DNA of 52,248 bases, from the NCBI GenBank assembly GCA_035290125.1, contig DATDVI010000021.1:1-52248 (forward strand). Reading direction: 5' to 3'. The notes under the pieces are model-generated. The model was not told where the DNA came from, did not search any database, and saw nothing but the letters and a program-made list of their open reading frames with translations. Origin of the DNA: Candidatus Anderseniibacteriota bacterium. Lineage in GTDB: Bacteria > Patescibacteriota > Andersenbacteria > UBA10190. The stretch's first letter is position 1; each line of letters opens with the position of its first letter. The position numbers were made by a program, and so were the translations under genes. Of the stretch, positions 47,599 through 52,248 are shown in pieces.

Positions 47599-48666
47599 TC
47601 AGCTTGCAGACACCAGCAGTTTTTTTATTTCATTCAGGACCACATCTGGCTTTAGCTGCTGCAGCGTCGCGTGTGGAGCATTGCCGAGATCGAAGTTTGT
47701 GTTCACATCATAAACCGCTTTCGTGCCAGCAGCACGAATGGTGTAGCTGAGCGACCCGCGCGGGCCGATTTTATTTTCATCGGTGGGGCCAAATAGGCCG
47801 AGAGTTTTTACTCCGGCTGCGGCGGCAAGGTGCATAAGGCCCGAGTCGTTACTGACCATAAGCTCGCAGCGGCGCATGATGGCGGCGGTGGTGAGGAGGT
47901 CGGACGTGATGGGGGTGACACTTGAGGGGGAGGAAATTAAACGTGAGAGTTTTTGCTTAAGTGACTCCTCATCCGGGCCGCCGAAAATTAGGATATGCGC
48001 GCTGTGTTGCTCGATCAGTGTGCGGGCGAGCGCGGCAAAATTTTCCAGCGGCCAGCGCTTCCAGGCAAAGCCGGGTGCAGAGCCAGCGTGCAGGCCAATG
48101 AGCGGCTTATCATGTGGCACGCGGAGTGTGGCGAGCAGCTTGTCGGCTTCGTGATAGTGTGTTTGCGAGAGCGGTAGACTATAGCGTGATTCACCGAGTT
48201 CTGTGTTGATGCCAAGCGGCTGCAATAGATTAAGATTTTGCTCGATGTCATGCACGTTTTCTTTCTCACCTACGGCGTGGGTGAGTAGAAACGTACTGCG
48301 AGGATTTTTCCCCAACAGATACTCATGCCCGACACGCTGCCGAATGCCGGCGGCGTAGAGATACACTGCGCTTTTAATACGTTGACCAGGATACAGCACA
48401 AGGCCAATCGTAAATTTCTGCCGGAAGAGGTGATCGGCGTGACGCAAGTGTTCAAGAAGCGGCCGCTGGTGGGGCGCGATAATCACACGATCAATGTGCG
48501 GATTGCTCTCGGCGAGCGCTTGTGGGAGGCGCGGGGCAACCCAAGCGGTGAGGTGGCTCTGTGGCCAAGACTTTTTAAGGGCGGCGAAAACCGGCGTGTG
48601 CATCAGAAAATTACCAATGCCGGAGAGGGAGAGCAGTAAAATGCGTGGCGCTTTATCGTTGGGCAT
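47599..48666 (-). CDS. Glycosyltransferase family 9 (heptosyltransferase)
   Basis: ATG 48666 (MPNDKAPRILLLSLSGIGNFLMHTPV) overlaps the upstream stop by 14 nt. IGLHAGSAPGFAWKRWPLENF, LIFGGPDEE, and MVSNDSGLMHLAAAAGVKTLGLFGPTD are GT9 hallmarks. Confidence 0.8.
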   Translation of the reverse strand: MPNDKAPRILLLSLSGIGNFLMHTPVFAALKKSWPQSHLTAWVAPRLPQALAESNPHIDRVIIAPHQRPLLEHLRHADHLFRQKFTIGLVLYPGQRIKSAVYLYAAGIRQRVGHEYLLGKNPRSTFLLTHAVGEKENVHDIEQNLNLLQPLGINTELGESRYSLPLSQTHYHEADKLLATLRVPHDKPLIGLHAGSAPGFAWKRWPLENFAALARTLIEQHSAHILIFGGPDEESLKQKLSRLISSPSSVTPITSDLLTTAAIMRRCELMVSNDSGLMHLAAAAGVKTLGLFGPTDENKIGPRGSLSYTIRAAGTKAVYDVNTNFDLGNAPHATLQQLKPDVVLNEIKKLLVSAS

Positions 48667-49837
48667 ACAGTTCGTGATAGAGCGACGTGAGCGTTGCGAT
48701 CGATTTTTCCCAGCTGAAATTTTTCTTGACATGCTGGTGGCCTTGCTCGCCAAGTGTGCGCCGCAGCGTGGCATTACTCAGGAGCGTTGTCATCGTTTCC
48801 GGCAACTCTGAATCATCGTTAAAAAGCAGGCTCGTCGTGTGGGGTGGTGCGACAAAGGGAATAGCTGAGGTGTTACGCGCGATAACCGGTGTACGAGCGG
48901 CGAAGGCTTCGGCGACGGTGATACCGAACGCTTCATAGTAGCTGGGGTGAATGAAGATATCGGCGTGCTGATAGGCGGCCAGTAATTGCTCACGCTCGAG
49001 GTGTCCCCAGAAATGAATATAGTTGGTAATGCCGAGTGCAACGGCCTGCTGCTGCAATTTTTTCTTGGCGCCAAAATCGTCGCCAATAATGACCAGCTGG
49101 AGATTGGGGTGTTTTTTGAGAACGCTCGGCAGTGCGCGCAGGAGACTGCTGAGCCCTTTACTCTCCGCTAAGCGGCTGACCGCTAGGGCAATTTCGCCCG
49201 CCAGCCCGCGCGCTTGGAACGGATTGGGGCGTGGCTGGTTAAATACCGCTGTATCAATACCTGGCGGGATGAGGACGAAACGATTAACGGGCAGACCGGC
49301 GCTTTCGATTAATTTTTGCTCAAATGGCGAGATAACAATTACCGCATCGGCAGCAGCAAACGTCGCGCGGCCGATGGTTGAGCGATACAGCTGCCAGATG
49401 AGCTTTTGGCGCGGGCCGTGGGCGTAGAAATAGGGGTTAAAAACAAAAGGTCGACGATGCCGCCGGGCGTAGCGGGCGCTCACATCGGCTGGTTGGTACC
49501 AGAAACCATGTCCATGAATAATATCGGGCTGGTGGTGGCCAAGGTAGTATTTCAGTGCCTGGAGGCGTGGGTACGAAACGAGGGGAGTAGCGGCGTGGTG
49601 CAAGCGCTGGACGTGCATCGGGTCATCGAGGAGCTGTTCGGGCGCCAGTTCGCTCATTGGCCCATGGGTGCGCAGCCTGCTTGTGAGCACGCGGACGTCG
49701 AAGCGGTTTGGGTTACTCGTCTGCAGGACGCCGGCGGCCCCGGTCTCATACCGCGTGCGGGTGACCAGCTCCTGCACGTAGGTTTCGACGCCGCCTGAGG
49801 CGGGAGGATACCGCAGCGTGGTGTGAACTATGCGCAT
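48653..49837 (-). CDS. Glycosyltransferase family 4
   Basis: ATG 49837 (MRIVHTTLRYPPASGGVETYV) overlaps the upstream stop by 10 nt. FIHPSYYEAFGITVAEAFAARTPVIARNTSAIPFV. Confidence 0.85.
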   Translation of the reverse strand: MRIVHTTLRYPPASGGVETYVQELVTRTRYETGAAGVLQTSNPNRFDVRVLTSRLRTHGPMSELAPEQLLDDPMHVQRLHHAATPLVSYPRLQALKYYLGHHQPDIIHGHGFWYQPADVSARYARRHRRPFVFNPYFYAHGPRQKLIWQLYRSTIGRATFAAADAVIVISPFEQKLIESAGLPVNRFVLIPPGIDTAVFNQPRPNPFQARGLAGEIALAVSRLAESKGLSSLLRALPSVLKKHPNLQLVIIGDDFGAKKKLQQQAVALGITNYIHFWGHLEREQLLAAYQHADIFIHPSYYEAFGITVAEAFAARTPVIARNTSAIPFVAPPHTTSLLFNDDSELPETMTTLLSNATLRRTLGEQGHQHVKKNFSWEKSIATLTSLYHELYAQR

Positions 49838-50652
49838 AGCTGACGATACTTTTGCGCCATTTCCCATTCATAATAGCTAGACATTATACACCAGACGATG
49901 CCCTGCCAGCCATCGAGGATACCGCGCCGATAGATCAACAGCTTGAGTAGTTGGCGAGCAGCCAGACGACAGGGCAGATGCCACGCAGGCATCACGGCGC
50001 GGCCGGTACGGTGTGTATGCGTGGCCGCCATTTGCTGCGCATCGAGAGTAGTGTAGCGGTGCATTTTCGCGAGATAGCTGGCGATCGTTGGATGAGAATG
50101 GTGCAGGAGCGGCTCAGTGATGAGCCCGGTGTCTGAGTCATCGAGTTTAATAGGTCGTCGTGAGTAGTGAGTAGTGAGTAGAGGTGTATTACGGACTACT
50201 TGCTCGTGGACGGCGGCAGCGGTCCACTGAGCAGCTGCTTTTTTGAACAGGCGCGGGTTGTGGCCATAGAGATGCGTGAGCGGGCGGCCGAGAAAGACGG
50301 TGACAATTCGGAGCCAATACAACGAGTGAGTAGTCCGCCAGCTGGCGGAGTAGGAGTAGTGAGTGACTTTTTGAATTTCTTGGGCGAGCGCAGGGGTGAC
50401 TTCTTCGTCGTCATCAATAAACAGCAGCCACTCGCCGTGGGCCACATCGCGGCCGAAATTTTTCTGTGCGCCGTAGCCGGGCCAAGGCCGAACGTATACT
50501 TTTGCGCCAAGCTGCTCGGCTCGAGCCGCCGTCGCATCACGCGTGGCAGCGTCAACAATGACAATGGTCTCATTGGCCCACTTGACGCTTCGCACTGCGC
50601 GCTCGATCGTGTCGGCGGCATTTTTTGCAATGATAATGGCCGACAGTGTCAT
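49828..50652 (-). CDS. Glycosyltransferase family 2 (WaaE/KdtX-like core-type GT2)
   Basis: 274 aa, ATGA overlap with the upstream gene. LSAIIIAKNAADTIERAVRSVKWANETIVIVDAATRD, WPGYGAQKNFG, LLFIDDDEEVTP, and a C-terminal RRGILDGWQGIVWCIMSSYY. Contains palindrome C3 and heptamer tracts as apparent in-frame insertions. Confidence 0.8.
   Translation of the reverse strand: MTLSAIIIAKNAADTIERAVRSVKWANETIVIVDAATRDATAARAEQLGAKVYVRPWPGYGAQKNFGRDVAHGEWLLFIDDDEEVTPALAQEIQKVTHYSYSASWRTTHSLYWLRIVTVFLGRPLTHLYGHNPRLFKKAAAQWTAAAVHEQVVRNTPLLTTHYSRRPIKLDDSDTGLITEPLLHHSHPTIASYLAKMHRYTTLDAQQMAATHTHRTGRAVMPAWHLPCRLAARQLLKLLIYRRGILDGWQGIVWCIMSSYYEWEMAQKYRQLCA
50160..50181. repeat. Heptanucleotide tandem repeat (GTGAGTA)x3
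   Basis: GTGAGTAGTGAGTAGTGAGTAG inside the GT2 CDS (read as LLTTHYS). Same unit as at 32793-32817. Confidence 0.9.
50324..50366. repeat. Family C palindrome copy C3 (50334-50349) bracketed by heptamer-like units
   Basis: GAGTGAGTAG-TCCGCCAGCTGGCGGA-GTAGGAGTAGTGAGTGA, read as THYSYSASWRTTHS in the minus-strand GT2. Confidence 0.95.
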
Positions 50653-51929
50653 GGGTAGAGGTATTTCTTGGCGAGCGCAAGGCTGCGGGCGTGGTCATCG
50701 TTCACAATATGGACAATCACATCTCCTGCCTTGGCATTCGCCACAGCAGTCGCAATGGCCTTTTCTTCCTCAATAATTTTGTGCGCCGCGTGCGTGGCAG
50801 TTTGGTGCTGCGTAATGCTTTGATGAAAAATGTCGGCAGTCTCCCCCGCCTGTCGCTTTAAGTTCCACCGGTCAATAACCAGGGAATGGCGGTGGACTGC
50901 GTCTATTTTGTCATAGACAATAATCGTATCAAATGCATTGGCGATCGAGCGGCCAGTTTCCGTGATGAGTTCGTCGGTGCGATCAGGATTAAGCCGGACA
51001 ATGCCCGTGGTTTTTCCTAGCGACAGGCGCTTGGCGAGGCTGGCTACCTGCTGCAGTGATTCTTTTTCGTGCGCGAAATCGAGCAGCATGGTTATGCCTG
51101 TCTTGTCGTTGACGAGCTTGATCAGGCGGCCCCCGTTTTCGTCTAGCCGGTAGCTTTTGATTGAGGCAAGATACTGCAGCATCTCGTGACTTCTTTTTGC
51201 TTGTGCATGCAGTGCCGCTAGTGCGAATAACAAGGTGTAGATTGACGGCTTGTAGAAGCCATCAAATGTCCAGCTGATTTCTTTTACATTCAGTAGCGGC
51301 TGAAATCCCTGGCGGCTGAGCAGACCAACGTCGTCGTTCTGGCGGGTCAGGGCAAGGCCGCCGTTGCTGAGGTGCTGGGCGATATTAAAATGTGAAAAAT
51401 GTAGACCAGCCGGCAGGTGCTTGATACCCAGTTTTTGGGGGATATGATTCAGCGCAGACACCACCAGGGCATCATCGGCGTTAAAGACCGCCGTTCCCCC
51501 CGGCCTGATGCGACCAAAGATAAGGCGAGCTTTTCGTTCTGCCAGCTCGGGCCGGGTTTTAATGCCGCGGCCGATGTGGTCGCTGTAGACGTTGGTGAAA
51601 ATGCCAATGGCATGCGACAGGTATCCTAGCCCGGCGGTTCCGCTGGAGGAAAACGATACTTCCAGAATGGCTACGGCCTCGCGCTGGCTTTTGAGCGCAT
51701 AGAGATACCGGCCAGGGCTCGTGGTTGGCAGGAGGCCGTACAGATTGCGACTGTCGGCCGCGGTGGAGCGCTGCTGCTCATTTAGGTAGTGTCCTGCGGT
51801 GTCGACTCGGAGCGTTGGTTTGCCGGCGGCGGTAAAGACGTGGCTTACGAGTCGGCTCAGAGTTGTTTTTCCTTTCGTGCCCGTGATGGCGATCAGGAGC
51901 GGGCGGCGCTGCCTGGCGGAAGAGTTCAT
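50649..51929 (-). CDS. Mur-ligase-family protein (cyanophycin-synthetase M-domain / MurE-like ATP-dependent amide ligase)
   Basis: ATG 51929 is in an ATGA overlap with the upstream ORF. LLIAITGTKGKTT (P-loop), GIFTNVYSDHIG (the TN..DHLG block) and LLDFAHEKESL (the DYAH-type start of the C-terminal domain). Confidence 0.7.
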   Translation of the reverse strand: MNSSARQRRPLLIAITGTKGKTTLSRLVSHVFTAAGKPTLRVDTAGHYLNEQQRSTAADSRNLYGLLPTTSPGRYLYALKSQREAVAILEVSFSSSGTAGLGYLSHAIGIFTNVYSDHIGRGIKTRPELAERKARLIFGRIRPGGTAVFNADDALVVSALNHIPQKLGIKHLPAGLHFSHFNIAQHLSNGGLALTRQNDDVGLLSRQGFQPLLNVKEISWTFDGFYKPSIYTLLFALAALHAQAKRSHEMLQYLASIKSYRLDENGGRLIKLVNDKTGITMLLDFAHEKESLQQVASLAKRLSLGKTTGIVRLNPDRTDELITETGRSIANAFDTIIVYDKIDAVHRHSLVIDRWNLKRQAGETADIFHQSITQHQTATHAAHKIIEEEKAIATAVANAKAGDVIVHIVNDDHARSLALAKKYLYP

Positions 51930-52248
51930 AGCTGCTGGAGGGCTTGAGCAATCGTGCTGCATTGCAAGGGTAGCTGGGAGACAAAGCGAAGATGTCGGCG
52001 AAAGCCGGTCAGCGGTACGGCGTGTTCTTTTTCTGTCTCTTGATCGTCGACGAGGTGATACGTTTCAATGATCCACTGGTTGGTTAGAAAGGCCCAGAGT
52101 GCCAGTCGATTGGCGCGAAAGGGTGAAAAATTATTGCGCGTAAAATTGAACGTTTTCAGTTGCAGGGGGCTGTCCGGTACGCGAGACTCGAAGCCGCGGC
52201 GGGTGGTGCGGGCGGCGCGGTAGTACGTCGCGGCCGCGGCGGCAACAC
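51926..52248 (-). CDS. Hypothetical protein, C-terminal 106 codons only (gene runs off the window)
   Basis: My own translation of the minus strand: open frame from 52246 to TGA at 51928..51926 (...FESRVPDSPLQLKTFNFTRNNFSPFRANRLALWAF...AQALQQL). The stop overlaps the next ATG. No motif recognised. Confidence 0.35.
   Translation of the reverse strand, partial: VAAAAATYYRAARTTRRGFESRVPDSPLQLKTFNFTRNNFSPFRANRLALWAFLTNQWIIETYHLVDDQETEKEHAVPLTGFRRHLRFVSQLPLQCSTIAQALQQL

Noticed and set aside
1-52248. Scan for tRNA, rRNA, CRISPR arrays, transposase/integrase genes and long terminal inverted repeats
   Set aside because: No regularly spaced direct repeats, no cloverleaf-like or rRNA-like segments, and no DDE, tyrosine- or serine-recombinase motifs were seen in any long ORF. 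This was a visual scan only, so short or degenerate elements could have been missed.

Overview
The window is almost entirely one large, tightly packed surface-glycan biosynthesis locus. I count 52 probable CDS, many joined by ATGA/TAATG/GTGA overlaps, with strand switches every 1-8 kb. All product calls come from by-eye motif matching; no searches were run. Glycosyltransfer and export: 16 glycosyltransferase genes (GT2, GT4, one GT9 heptosyltransferase, one GT2-GT4 fusion), two GT-C-like polytopic membrane proteins, two polyprenyl-phosphate GT2 + DUF2304-like pairs and a Wzx-type flippase. Sugar modification: six SAM methyltransferases, five extended-SDR epimerase/dehydratase/reductases, a NodU/CmcH carbamoyltransferase with an SxtJ-like partner, an AlgJ/AlgX-like acyl-transferase, an AsnB-type amidotransferase, a ThDP E1 alpha/beta pair, a PhyH-type dioxygenase, a Zn-ADH and an L-fuconate-dehydratase-like enolase. 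There is also a nucleotide-heptose route: GmhA plus a cytidylyltransferase-PfkB kinase fusion whose domain order is opposite to HldE. It lacks a HAD-type GmhB, but an IMPase-fold phosphatase and a degenerate metallophosphoesterase sit next to gmhA. I saw no rRNA, tRNA, CRISPR, transposase or integrase. The most unusual signals are at DNA level. There are three families of exact palindromic repeats: a 24-28 bp palindrome centred on TATTACGTAATA (4 copies), a 26-nt hairpin (2 copies), and a 16-bp palindrome TCCGCCAGCTGGCGGA (3 copies) that lies inside three unrelated CDS in different reading frames. Heptanucleotide (GTGAGTA)n tracts are inserted in-frame in two glycosyltransferases. Four small, visibly AT-richer islands carry orphan small genes, at least two of them with near-consensus sigma70-type promoters. 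One island holds a divergent pair: a 157-aa unknown protein and a 126-aa degenerate receiver-like (possibly TIR-like) protein.
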